The notes below the pieces were generated by a model, which was not told where the DNA came from, made no database searches, and saw nothing but the letters and a program-made list of their open reading frames with translations. A stretch of DNA of 64,000 bases, from positions 64,001-128,000 of the forward strand of contig JAFATB010000025.1 in assembly GCA_019244185.1 (NCBI GenBank), in the 5' to 3' direction. This DNA is from Acidobacteriota bacterium (GTDB taxonomy: Bacteria; Acidobacteriota; Thermoanaerobaculia; Gp7-AA8). Below are positions 38,545 to 48,216 of the stretch, in pieces. Each line of letters opens with the position of its first letter. The stretch's first letter is position 1. The translations under genes and the position numbers were made by a program.

Positions 38545-40925
38545 CGCTCTTTCTTGGCAAGCTCACGGTGCTCTTTCTGATCGGGATCGCGTGCGCGGCG
38601 CTGTTGCGCCGGCGTTCGGCGGCGGCACGCCACCTCGTGTGGGCGCTGACCCTCGGCGGCGCGGTCGTGCTGGCGATCGTCACGGCGACGGCGCCGGCGT
38701 TGCCAGTCGCGTTGCCGGACTGGCGTGCGGCGCGTGTCGAGGCGCCGATGGTCGTCACGACGCGGGCGGCGGTACCGGAGATCGTCGTACGTAACGAGAC
38801 AGCGCGCGAGGCCGCGCCGTTGCCGGCGGCGTCGCATTGGCCGTCGCCAGCGATGTGGCTCGTCGCGATCTGGCTCGCGGGTGCCGCGGCGATCGCGGTG
38901 TGGCTGCTCGCGGGACATCGCGCGGTTGGGCGCATCGCGCGTGAGGCCATCGTGGCGGACGATGAGGAATGGAACGCGCTCGTGAGTGACGCGCGCGCGC
39001 ACATCGGCGTCGCGCGGAACGTGCGCGTGCTCTTGAGCGCGGCGGTGGCGGCGCCGTTTACGTCCGGCTGGCGCGTGCCGCTCGTGTTCCTGCCGGCGGA
39101 TGCGGCGACGTGGCCGGCGGACCGGCGGCGCGCGGCGCTGTTGCACGAGCTCGCGCACATCGCGCGGAACGACTATCCGATTCTGCTCGCGGCGCGGCTC
39201 GCGTGCGCGCTGTACTGGTTCCATCCCGCGGCGTGGTTTGCGCTGCGCCGCTTGCGGCGCGAGTGTGAGCATGCGACGGACGACCGCGCGATCGCGCGCG
39301 GCATGTTCGCGAACGATTACGCGACGCATCTGCTCGACGTCGCGCGGGCCACGCGCACGCGCGGCTTCGCCAGCGTCGCCGCGGTCGGCATGGCCTGTCC
39401 GTCGCACCTCGAGACGCGGCTGCGCGCGCTGCTCGACGAAACGCGCCTGCGCGGCGGCGTCTCACGCGGACGCGTGACGGCGAGCATGGCCGCGGCCGTG
39501 CTGCTGCTCGTGCCGCTCGCCGCGGCGAAGCCCGAGCTGCGCGCGAGCGAGCGCGATGCATCGACGCCGACGAACATCGCGACGCCGACGCCGACCCACA
39601 CGAACACGCCGACGAACACCACCATCACCATCGCCAGCAATCGCGAATCGTCGCAATCGTCGCGCACCCGCACGAGCGCGCCGGCCGACTTCGAGCGTGT
39701 GCTCGACACCGCGCCGGGCGGCACGCTGATCCTCGAGCTCGAGACCGGCGGCAGCATCGACATCGTCGGCGACGACGACGCGCACGTCGACGTCCGCGCG
39801 CAGCTGCGCGGGCACGACGCGAACAATACCGTCGTCGATGCGGTGAAGGACGGCAACGACGTTCGCGTCACCGCCAAGTTCGCGGAGCAGCGCGGCCGCA
39901 TGTCCACCTCGCACGAGTTCGAGCTGCGCGTGCCGCGGCGCTACAACGTGCACATCTCGTCGAGCGGCGGCGAGATCCACATCGTCGACGTCGACGGCAC
40001 GTTCGAAGGCTCGACCGGCGGCGGCGACATCCGCCTCGAGCGGCTGCACGGACGCGCGCAACTGAGCACCGGCGGCGGCGACATCCACGTCGTCGACTCC
40101 GACCTCGCTGGCCGCACCTCCACCGGCGGCGGCGCCGTGCGCTTCCGCAACGTCACCGGCGGCCTGCGCGGCGCATCCGGCAGCGGCCAGGTGGACACCG
40201 GCAACGTCAGCGTCAACGGCAACTACACGACCGACGACAATGACAATGACACCGATCAGGACGACGACAGCGATGACGTCACCGTGACACCGGCCGTGCC
40301 GCCGGTGCCGCCCGTGCCGCCCGTCGCCGCGATCGCGGAGGTACGCGACACGCGGGAGCTCGTCAACCTCCGCTCGCCGCGCACCGAGTCGCGGGCGCGC
40401 CGCGCGAGAACGCCCGGCATGCTGCAGATCACAAAATCCGGCGGCGAGGTCGTCATCGACGAGGCGCCGCACGGCGCGGTCATCTCCACCGGCGGCGGAC
40501 GCATTCACGTCGGACGCGCCGCGGGCGACGTCGACGTCTCGACCGGCGGCGGGCGCATCGACGTCGGTCCCGTCGCGGGCTCGGTCGCGGCGTCGACCGG
40601 CGCCGGCAGCGTCGAGATCACGCTCGCCGATGCGAACGGCCAGACGCAGAGCGTCGACGTCGTGAGCGGTCACGGCCACATCGTGGTCGAGCTGCCCGCG
40701 GACTTCGACGGCCGCTTCGAGCTCGAGACCGCGTACACGGACGACGACGATCCCGCGCACATCGAAAGCGCGTGGCCGCTCGAGCGCGCGCCGGTGACCG
40801 CGTTCGACGCGCACGAGGGCACGCCGCGCCGCTACGTGCGCGCACGCGGCGTGGCGGGCAGCGGCCGCGGACTCGTGCGCATCCGCACGGTCAACGGCAA
40901 CGTCACGGTGCATCGCGCCCGGTAA
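38541..40925 (+). CDS. M56 (BlaR1-like) metallopeptidase with DUF4097-type C-terminal domains
   Basis: HELAH zinc motif, YWFHP, E.ATDD; repeated STGGG.I beta-strand units. Confidence 0.85.
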   Translation: MTLFLGKLTVLFLIGIACAALLRRRSAAARHLVWALTLGGAVVLAIVTATAPALPVALPDWRAARVEAPMVVTTRAAVPEIVVRNETAREAAPLPAASHWPSPAMWLVAIWLAGAAAIAVWLLAGHRAVGRIAREAIVADDEEWNALVSDARAHIGVARNVRVLLSAAVAAPFTSGWRVPLVFLPADAATWPADRRRAALLHELAHIARNDYPILLAARLACALYWFHPAAWFALRRLRRECEHATDDRAIARGMFANDYATHLLDVARATRTRGFASVAAVGMACPSHLETRLRALLDETRLRGGVSRGRVTASMAAAVLLLVPLAAAKPELRASERDASTPTNIATPTPTHTNTPTNTTITIASNRESSQSSRTRTSAPADFERVLDTAPGGTLILELETGGSIDIVGDDDAHVDVRAQLRGHDANNTVVDAVKDGNDVRVTAKFAEQRGRMSTSHEFELRVPRRYNVHISSSGGEIHIVDVDGTFEGSTGGGDIRLERLHGRAQLSTGGGDIHVVDSDLAGRTSTGGGAVRFRNVTGGLRGASGSGQVDTGNVSVNGNYTTDDNDNDTDQDDDSDDVTVTPAVPPVPPVPPVAAIAEVRDTRELVNLRSPRTESRARRARTPGMLQITKSGGEVVIDEAPHGAVISTGGGRIHVGRAAGDVDVSTGGGRIDVGPVAGSVAASTGAGSVEITLADANGQTQSVDVVSGHGHIVVELPADFDGRFELETAYTDDDDPAHIESAWPLERAPVTAFDAHEGTPRRYVRARGVAGSGRGLVRIRTVNGNVTVHRAR

Positions 40926-41041
40926 TTGATCGTTCGCGGGACGCGAAAATCCCACAAGCGGACACTTTCCCGATCTTCCGAACGGTGCCGCGCGCGCACA
41001 ACGACAAGCGCGCGCGGCACTTACGTCAAACTGGCGCGTCG

Positions 41042-41056
41042 CGGCAGAGCGCTTGC
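41042..41056 (+). promoter_or_regulatory. sigma54 -24/-12 promoter
   Basis: CGGCAGAGCGCTTGC (GG-N10-GC) upstream of an operon encoding a sigma54 activator. Confidence 0.7.
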
Positions 41057-41073
41057 GGAAGAGCGCGGCCACG

Positions 41074-42324
41074 ATGGACATCGTCCGGCCCGCAGCACCT
41101 CGCAGAAAACTCGTTCGCCGCGGCGTCATCGGCGGCGCGATCCTCGCCGTCGCGCTGACGACCCTCGGCCTCGCGCGGCTCAAGCCCGCGGCGCCCGAAG
41201 TCGACCGCAACACGCTCGTCCTCGACACGGTGAAGCGCGGTCCGTTGACGCGCGAGGTGCGCGGCACGGGCGTGCTCACGCCGGAAGACGTGCGCTGGAT
41301 CTCGACGGCGACCGACGCGCGCGTCGAGCGCGTCGTCGTGCAGCCGGGCGCCGTCGTGCGCGCCGACACCGTCGTCGTCGAGCTGTCGAACGATCAGCAG
41401 CAGCAGGCCTCGAGCGACGCCGAATGGCAGCTGCGCGCCGCGCAGGCGGACTACGAGACGATGCGTGCGCAGCTCGAGAACGAGCGGCTCGACCGCGAGG
41501 CGGGTCTCGCGCGCCTGCGTGCCGAGGCGAAGCAGGCGGCGCTGCATGCCGACGCGGACGCCGAGCTCGAACGGCAGGGACTGGCCGCGCACATCACGCG
41601 CGAGATCTCGCGCACGTCGGCGGACGAAACGCAGAACCGCATGAAGATCGAAGAGACGCGGCTGCGCGTCTCGGCCGCGGCGCAGGAGTCGCGGCTCGCG
41701 GCGGCGAAAGCGCTCGTCGAACAGCGGCGCGCGTTCCGCGATCTGCAGCGCGAGCGCGTCGACGCGCTGCGCGTACGCGCGGGCATCGACGGCGTGTTGC
41801 AGCAGGTCAGCGTGCAGGCCGGGCAGCGCGTCGCGGCCGGCACCGCGATCGCGCGCATCGCGCGGCCGGAGCGGCTCAAGGCGGAGATCCGCATCGCGGA
41901 GACGCAGGCGAAAGACATTGTCGTCGGCCAGCGCGCGATGCTCGACACGCGCAACGGACTCGCGGCCGCGCATGTCGCGCGCATCGATCCGTCGGTGCGC
42001 GAAGGCACGGTGACGATCGATCTCGCCATCGACGGCGCGCTGCCGCCGGGCGCACGTCCCGATCTCTCCGTCGACGCGACCATCGAACTCGAACGGATCG
42101 CGGACACGCTGAGCGTCGCGCGTCCGTCGAGCGCGCCGGAGAACGGCACCGGCGCGCTCTTCAAACTCTCCGCCGACGGCACGACCGCCACCCGCACGCC
42201 GGTGACGTTCGGCCGCGCGTCGGCGTCTTCCATTGAAATCCGCCGCGGCCTCGCGCCGGGAGACTCGGTGATCGTCTCCGACGCGACCGCGCTGTACCAG
42301 TACGACCGCATCCGCATCCGCTGA
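41074..42324 (+). CDS. Efflux periplasmic adaptor (MacA/HlyD-like)
   Basis: TM anchor, VRGTGVL, coiled coil, VRAGIDGVL, GARPDLSVD. Confidence 0.88.
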   Translation: MDIVRPAAPRRKLVRRGVIGGAILAVALTTLGLARLKPAAPEVDRNTLVLDTVKRGPLTREVRGTGVLTPEDVRWISTATDARVERVVVQPGAVVRADTVVVELSNDQQQQASSDAEWQLRAAQADYETMRAQLENERLDREAGLARLRAEAKQAALHADADAELERQGLAAHITREISRTSADETQNRMKIEETRLRVSAAAQESRLAAAKALVEQRRAFRDLQRERVDALRVRAGIDGVLQQVSVQAGQRVAAGTAIARIARPERLKAEIRIAETQAKDIVVGQRAMLDTRNGLAAAHVARIDPSVREGTVTIDLAIDGALPPGARPDLSVDATIELERIADTLSVARPSSAPENGTGALFKLSADGTTATRTPVTFGRASASSIEIRRGLAPGDSVIVSDATALYQYDRIRIR

Positions 42325-42335
42325 GAGGACGAACG

Positions 42336-43067
42336 ATGAACGAAGCGCTGATCCATCTACAGGACGTCAACAAAGTCTTCATCACCGAGGAGCTCGAGAC
42401 GCACGCGCTGACGAGCGTGCACCTCACCATTACGAAGGGCGAGTACGTCTCGATCGCCGGCCCTTCCGGCTGCGGCAAGTCGACGCTGCTCTCGATCCTC
42501 GGTTTGCTCGACGCGCCGAGCTCCGGCCGCTACACGCTCGCCGGACACGAGGTCGCGTCGCTCGCGCCCGCCGAGCGCGCGCGCATCCGCAACCGCGAGG
42601 TCGGCTTCATCTTCCAGGCGTTCAATCTCATCGGCGATCTCACGGTGTACGAGAACGTCGAGCTGCCGCTCACCTATCGCGGCATTCCGCCGGCGGAGCG
42701 GAAGCGTCGCGCCGTCGATGCGCTCGAGCGCGTCGGCATGGCCCATCGCACGAAGCACTATCCGGCGCAGCTCTCCGGCGGACAACAGCAGCGCGTCGCG
42801 GTCGCGCGCGCTCTTGCCGGCGAGCCGGCGATCCTGCTGGCGGACGAGCCGACCGGCAACCTCGACTCGAAGAACGGCGAGGCGGTGATGGACCTCCTGC
42901 GCGAGCTGCACCGCGGCGGCGCGACCATCTGCATGGTCACGCACGACCCGCGCTTCACGCGTTACGCCGACCGCACGCTGCATCTCTTCGACGGCCGCAT
43001 CGTCGAAGAGACGCGGCAGCGCGATGCCGAGGAAAAGCTGAGCGAGAGCGGATTCGCGATCGCGTGA
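42336..43067 (+). CDS. ABC ATP-binding protein (MacB/LolD type)
   Basis: GPSGCGKST, LSGGQQQR, LADEPTGNLD. Confidence 0.95.
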   Translation: MNEALIHLQDVNKVFITEELETHALTSVHLTITKGEYVSIAGPSGCGKSTLLSILGLLDAPSSGRYTLAGHEVASLAPAERARIRNREVGFIFQAFNLIGDLTVYENVELPLTYRGIPPAERKRRAVDALERVGMAHRTKHYPAQLSGGQQQRVAVARALAGEPAILLADEPTGNLDSKNGEAVMDLLRELHRGGATICMVTHDPRFTRYADRTLHLFDGRIVEETRQRDAEEKLSESGFAIA

Positions 43068-43077
43068 GGAGGCTTCG

Positions 43078-45504
43078 ATGCACGATCTTCTGTTCGACTT
43101 CCGTTTCGGCCTGCGCGCGCTGCTGCGCAACCGCGGCTTCGCGCTGATCTCGATCGCCACGCTGGCCCTCGCCCTCGGCGCGAACAGCGCGATCTTCAGC
43201 GTCGTCAACGCGATTCTGCTGCGGCCGCTGCCGTTCTCGACGTCCGACCGGCTCGTCACGATCGCGGGCTACAACGCCGCGCGCGGCAGCCGCGCCGAGG
43301 CGGAGATCAACTCTTGGCCGAACCTCGCGGACGTGCACAAACAGTCGCGCAAGATCAGCCGCATCGCCGCGTGGTCGCGCAGCGCGGCGTTTCTCTATCC
43401 GGGCGGCGAGCCGGTGCGCCTCAACGGCGCGTCGGTCGGCCGCGAGCTCTTCGAGATTCTCGACGTGAAGCCGGAGCTCGGGCGTCCGTTCACGGCCGCG
43501 GAAGACTCGCCGGGCGCGGCGCCGGTGATCGCGCTGTCGCATGCGACGTGGACGCGCGACTTCGGCGCGGATCCCGGCATCATCGGACGCTCGATCCGTT
43601 TCGGAACCGCGGGCAAGTCGCGCGTCGTCGTCGCGGTGCTGCCGCCGGGCGTGCGCTTTCCGATCGACGCCGACCCGGTCGACTTCTGGATTCCGGTCGA
43701 GCCGCTGCTGGAGGCCAACTACACCGAACGCGGGGCGTGGTACCTCGACGCGATCGGACTGCTCGCGCCGGGAGCGACGGTCGATCAGGCGCAGGCGGAC
43801 GCGACGCTCATCGCGAAGCGGCTGGAGAAGGCGTATCCCGAGAACGACACCAACTTCCGGCTCGCCATCGACTCGCTGCAGGACCGGCTGACGCAGAACG
43901 TGCGGCCGTCGCTGCTGCTGCTCATGACCGCGGTGGGCGTGGTGCTGCTCATCGGCTGTGCGAACGTGGCCAATCTGTCGCTCGCACGCGGCGCGGCGCG
44001 GCATCGCGAGATCGCCATCCGCGCCGCCCTCGGCGCGACGCGTGCGCGCATCGTGCGGCAGCTGCTCGCGGAGAGCCTGCTGCTCGCGCTCGGGGCGGGC
44101 GTCGTCGGCTTGCTCTTCGCGTCGTGGGGTCTGCAGCTCCTTGTCTCGCTCGCGCCTCCGGGTGTGCCGCGGCTCGATGCGGTGACGCTCGACGCGCGCG
44201 TGCTCGCATTCGCGCTCGCGCTGTCCGTCGCCACCGGACTGCTCTTCGGTCTCGCGCCGGCGCTGGCGGCGTCGAAGACGAATCTCACCGAGACGCTGAA
44301 CGACGCCACGCGCGGCTCGACGGAAGGTCGCAAGCGCAATCGCGTGCGCAACGCGATCGTCGTCGCGGAGATCGCGTTGTCGCTGGTCATGCTCGTGGGC
44401 GCGGGACTGCTGCTGCGCAGCTTCGTGCAGTTGCTGCACACGAATCCCGGCTTCGAGCCGCGCGGCGTCGCGGTGCTGGAGGTCAGTCCGCGCGTGAATC
44501 TCTACGCGGAAGACCCGCAGGTGCTGGCGATGCAGAACCGCATCCTCGACGAGCTCGCGCGTACGCCGGGCGTGCAGTCGGCGGGCCTCATCGACGCGCT
44601 GCCGCTCGCCGGCGACCAGCAGATCAACACGTTCACGATCGTCGGCCACGCGCCCTTCCCGCCGGGCGAAGGACCGGCGGCGACCGTGCTCTCGGTGACG
44701 CCGACGCTGTTCGAAACGATGCAGATCACGCTGCAGCGCGGCCGCCCGTTCACGGCGCACGACGACGCCAACGCGCAGCCGGTGGTGATCGTCGACGAGA
44801 CGTTCGCGAACCGCTTCTTCCCGAGCGTCGATCCGATCGGGCGCCAGATCGCGTTTCACAGCGGGAAGCCGAAGACGATCGTCGGCGTCGTGCGCGGCAT
44901 CCGCTTCGCGACGCTCACCGAGGCGCCGACGATGACGTTCTATCTGCCGCAGGCGCAGCGCACCGTGCGGCGCGTGAGCATCGTCGCGCGCACGGCGGAT
45001 CCCGACGCGTTGCTGCCGGCCATGCGCGCCATCGTGCGGCGCATCGATCCGCAGCAGCCGGTGCTCGGCGTGCGCACGCTCGAAGCCGTGCGGGCCGACA
45101 CGCTCGCGGGACGGCGCTTCACGCTCACGCTCCTCGGCGTCCTCGCCGCGCTCGCGCTGCTGCTCGCCGCGGTCGGCATCTACAGCATCATGAGCTACTC
45201 CGTCGCGCAGCGGACGTCCGAGATCGGCATCCGCATGGCCCTCGGTGCGCGCGCGGAAGACGTCTTCCGCCTCATCGTCGGACAGGCCGCGCGCGTGACG
45301 GCCGTCGGGGTCGGGCTCGGCATGATCGCGGCGCTGATCGTCACGCGGATGATGCGCAGCCTGCTCTACGGCGTCGCACCGGGCGATCCGCTGACGATCG
45401 TCGCGATCTGTCTGCTCCTCGGCGGCGTGGCGCTCGTCGCGAGCTGGGTCCCCGCGCGGCGCGCGGCGCGCGTCGATCCCCTGCTGGCGATCTACAACAG
45501 CTGA
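43078..45504 (+). CDS. Duplicated MacB/FtsX ABC permease (ADOP-like)
   Basis: GANSAIFSVVNAILLRPLP, LIGCANVANL, EIAIRAALGA, EIGIRMALGA. Confidence 0.92.
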   Translation: MHDLLFDFRFGLRALLRNRGFALISIATLALALGANSAIFSVVNAILLRPLPFSTSDRLVTIAGYNAARGSRAEAEINSWPNLADVHKQSRKISRIAAWSRSAAFLYPGGEPVRLNGASVGRELFEILDVKPELGRPFTAAEDSPGAAPVIALSHATWTRDFGADPGIIGRSIRFGTAGKSRVVVAVLPPGVRFPIDADPVDFWIPVEPLLEANYTERGAWYLDAIGLLAPGATVDQAQADATLIAKRLEKAYPENDTNFRLAIDSLQDRLTQNVRPSLLLLMTAVGVVLLIGCANVANLSLARGAARHREIAIRAALGATRARIVRQLLAESLLLALGAGVVGLLFASWGLQLLVSLAPPGVPRLDAVTLDARVLAFALALSVATGLLFGLAPALAASKTNLTETLNDATRGSTEGRKRNRVRNAIVVAEIALSLVMLVGAGLLLRSFVQLLHTNPGFEPRGVAVLEVSPRVNLYAEDPQVLAMQNRILDELARTPGVQSAGLIDALPLAGDQQINTFTIVGHAPFPPGEGPAATVLSVTPTLFETMQITLQRGRPFTAHDDANAQPVVIVDETFANRFFPSVDPIGRQIAFHSGKPKTIVGVVRGIRFATLTEAPTMTFYLPQAQRTVRRVSIVARTADPDALLPAMRAIVRRIDPQQPVLGVRTLEAVRADTLAGRRFTLTLLGVLAALALLLAAVGIYSIMSYSVAQRTSEIGIRMALGARAEDVFRLIVGQAARVTAVGVGLGMIAALIVTRMMRSLLYGVAPGDPLTIVAICLLLGGVALVASWVPARRAARVDPLLAIYNS

Positions 45505-45523
45505 CTGAGATGATGCGCAGCGA

Positions 45524-46864
45524 ATGAACGCGCCTCGCATTCTCATCGCGGACGACAGCGCCGACGTGGTCGAGGCGCTGCGTCTCGCGCTGAAGCAGGA
45601 AGGCTACGAGATCGAAGCCGTGTCGTCGCCCGGCGCGGTGATCCGCGCCGCCGGCGCGCACGACTTCGATCTCGCGATCATCGATCTCAACTACACGCGC
45701 GACACGACCTCGGGTGCCGAAGGTCTCGATCTCCTCGAACAGCTGCACGCGTACGACAGCGCGCTGCCGGTCGTGGTGATGACGGCGTGGGCGACGGTCG
45801 AGATCGCGGTCGAGGCGATGCGGCGCGGCGCGCGCGACTTTCTGCAGAAGCCGTGGGACAACGCGCGCCTGCTGGCGATCGTGCGCAATCAGACCGAGCT
45901 CTCGCGCGCGCTGCGGCGCAACGAGCGGCTCGAGAAAAATCTCTCCACGCCCGAGCTCGAGATGGTCGCGGCCTCGCCGGCGATGAAGCCGGTGCTGGAG
46001 CTGATCCGGCGCATCGGACCGTCGGACGCGAACGTGTTGATCCGTGGCGAGAACGGCACGGGGAAAGGCGTCGTTGCGCGCGCGCTGCACGCGGCGTCGA
46101 AACGCGCCGCGCGGCCGCTCGTCTCCGTCAACGCGGGCGGATTGTCCGAGGGTGTCTTTGAGAGCGAGTTGTTCGGACACGCGAAGGGCGCGTTCACGGA
46201 CGCGAAGAGCGAACGCATCGGACGCTTCGAGCTCGCGGACGGCGGCACGCTGTTTCTCGACGAGATCGCGAACGTGCCGCTGGCGCAACAGGCGAAACTG
46301 CTGCGCGTCGTCGAGAGCGGCGAGTTCGAACGCGTCGGCTCGTCGAAGACGCTGCGCGTCGACGTGCGGCTGATCTCCGCGACGAATGCCGCGCTCGAAG
46401 ACGACGTCGAAGCGGGACGCTTCCGCCGCGATCTGCTCTTCCGCCTCAACACGGTCGAGATCCGCCTGCCGCCGCTGCGCGACCGGCGCGACGACATTCC
46501 GGCGCTCGCGGCGCACTTTCTCCGCGCGACCGCGCGACGCTATCGCAAGCAGATCGCCGGCTTCGACGCGCCCGCGCTCAAGGCGCTGCTCGATCACGCG
46601 TGGCCGGGCAACGTGCGCGAACTGGAGCACGTCGTCGAACGCGCGGTGCTGATGACCGGCGGCGCGCAGATCGCGCGCAGCGACCTCGGGCTCGCGCCCG
46701 CGGCGAACGAAGGACGCCTCGACGATCTCTCGCTCGAAGAGGTCGAGGCGCTGCTGATCCGCAAGGCGCTGGTGCGATTCGACGGCAACGTCAGCAAGGC
46801 CGCCGACGCGCTCGGCTTGAGTCGCAGCGCGCTGTATCGCAGGATTCAGCGATACGGTCTCTGA
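45524..46864 (+). CDS. sigma54-dependent response regulator (NtrC family)
   Basis: Receiver domain, GENGTGKG, ESELFGH..GAFTDA, WPGNVREL, Fis HTH. Confidence 0.93.
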   Translation: MNAPRILIADDSADVVEALRLALKQEGYEIEAVSSPGAVIRAAGAHDFDLAIIDLNYTRDTTSGAEGLDLLEQLHAYDSALPVVVMTAWATVEIAVEAMRRGARDFLQKPWDNARLLAIVRNQTELSRALRRNERLEKNLSTPELEMVAASPAMKPVLELIRRIGPSDANVLIRGENGTGKGVVARALHAASKRAARPLVSVNAGGLSEGVFESELFGHAKGAFTDAKSERIGRFELADGGTLFLDEIANVPLAQQAKLLRVVESGEFERVGSSKTLRVDVRLISATNAALEDDVEAGRFRRDLLFRLNTVEIRLPPLRDRRDDIPALAAHFLRATARRYRKQIAGFDAPALKALLDHAWPGNVRELEHVVERAVLMTGGAQIARSDLGLAPAANEGRLDDLSLEEVEALLIRKALVRFDGNVSKAADALGLSRSALYRRIQRYGL

Positions 46865-48216
46865 TGCGCCGGCCGCTCGCGTACGAAACCCGGATCGTCG
46901 TCACTGCCGCGCTGGCGCTCGCGCCGGTGGCGATCGCCGCAGTGCTGTTCGCGTTCGGCGACGGCGTGTCGGCGCGCGCGCGGTGGACCACGCTCTTCCT
47001 CATCGCAGTCGCGGCGTTCGTCATAGGCGTCATCGTGCGCGAGCAGATCACCTATCCGCTGCGCACCGTCGCGAACCTGCTGACGGCGCTGCGCGAGGAG
47101 AACTACTCGCTGCGCGCGCGACACCGGACGGACGACTCGATCGGCGAGCTGCTCGTCGAGATCAACGCGCTCGCGTCGATGCTGCAGTCGCGCAAACTCG
47201 AAGCGGTGGAAGCCGCGGCGCTGCTGCGCGCGGTGATGGCGGAGATCGACGCGGCGATCTTCACGTTCGATGCGAATGGCCGCCTGCAGCTCGTGAATCG
47301 CGCGGCGGAAACGCTGCTCGCGTTGCCGCGCGCGCGCCTCCTCGGCCGTTCCGCGGAAGAGCTCGGGCTCGCGGAGCTCGTCGCCGACGATGCGCCGCCG
47401 GCCATCGACCGCACGTTTCCCGGCGGCGCGGGACGCTGGAGCATCCGCCGCTCGACCTTTCGCGAACAAGGGTTGCCACATCGGTTGCTCGTCATCGCCG
47501 ACATCACCCGCGCTCTGCGCGCCGAGGAGACGCGCGCGTGGCAGCGCATCGTCCGCGTCCTCGGCCACGAGCTGAACAACTCGCTCGCGCCGATCAAGTC
47601 GATCGGCACGAGCATCGAGTCGCTGGTGACGCGCGAGCCGCTGCCGCGCGACTGGCGCGACGACGTCGTGCGCGGCGCGCGCGTGATCGCCGCGCGCGCG
47701 GAGTCGCTGACGCGTTTCACCAGCGCGTACACGCAGCTCGCGCGCTTGCCGCCGCCGGCACACGATCCGATCGCGACCGCGGAGCTCGTGGCGCGCGTCG
47801 TGGCCATCGAACCGCGCATGCACATCGAGATCGCGCCGGGCAGCGACGTCGCCATCGCCGGCGACGGCGCGCAGATCGAACAGATGCTCATCAACCTGCT
47901 GCGCAACGCCGTCGATGCGTCGCTCGAGACCGGCGGCAGCGTGCGCATCGAATGGAGCGACACGCGTGACGCGGTCGTCGTGCGCATCCTCGACGAAGGC
48001 ATCGGCGTCAGCAGCACGGCGAACCTCTTCGTGCCGTTCTTCACGACGAAGGCGAACGGCACCGGCATCGGCCTGGTGCTCAGCCGCCAGATCGCCGAGG
48101 CGCATGGCGGCAGCGTGACGCTGGAGAACCGGCGCGAGCGCCGCGGCAGCGTGGCCACGGTGACGCTACCGCGCGTCAGCGCTGCTCGCGCTTCATCCCC
48201 TTCCGCGCGCGAATGA
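46864..48216 (+). CDS. Sensor histidine kinase (PAS)
   Basis: GHELNNSL, NLLRNA, DEGIG, PFFTTK..GTGIGL. Confidence 0.9.
   Translation: MRRPLAYETRIVVTAALALAPVAIAAVLFAFGDGVSARARWTTLFLIAVAAFVIGVIVREQITYPLRTVANLLTALREENYSLRARHRTDDSIGELLVEINALASMLQSRKLEAVEAAALLRAVMAEIDAAIFTFDANGRLQLVNRAAETLLALPRARLLGRSAEELGLAELVADDAPPAIDRTFPGGAGRWSIRRSTFREQGLPHRLLVIADITRALRAEETRAWQRIVRVLGHELNNSLAPIKSIGTSIESLVTREPLPRDWRDDVVRGARVIAARAESLTRFTSAYTQLARLPPPAHDPIATAELVARVVAIEPRMHIEIAPGSDVAIAGDGAQIEQMLINLLRNAVDASLETGGSVRIEWSDTRDAVVVRILDEGIGVSSTANLFVPFFTTKANGTGIGLVLSRQIAEAHGGSVTLENRRERRGSVATVTLPRVSAARASSPSARE

Noticed and set aside
48176-48216. Convergent 3' overlaps (also 33378-33400, 56851-56873, 59177-59190)
   Set aside because: Short tail overlaps are common in compact GC-rich genomes
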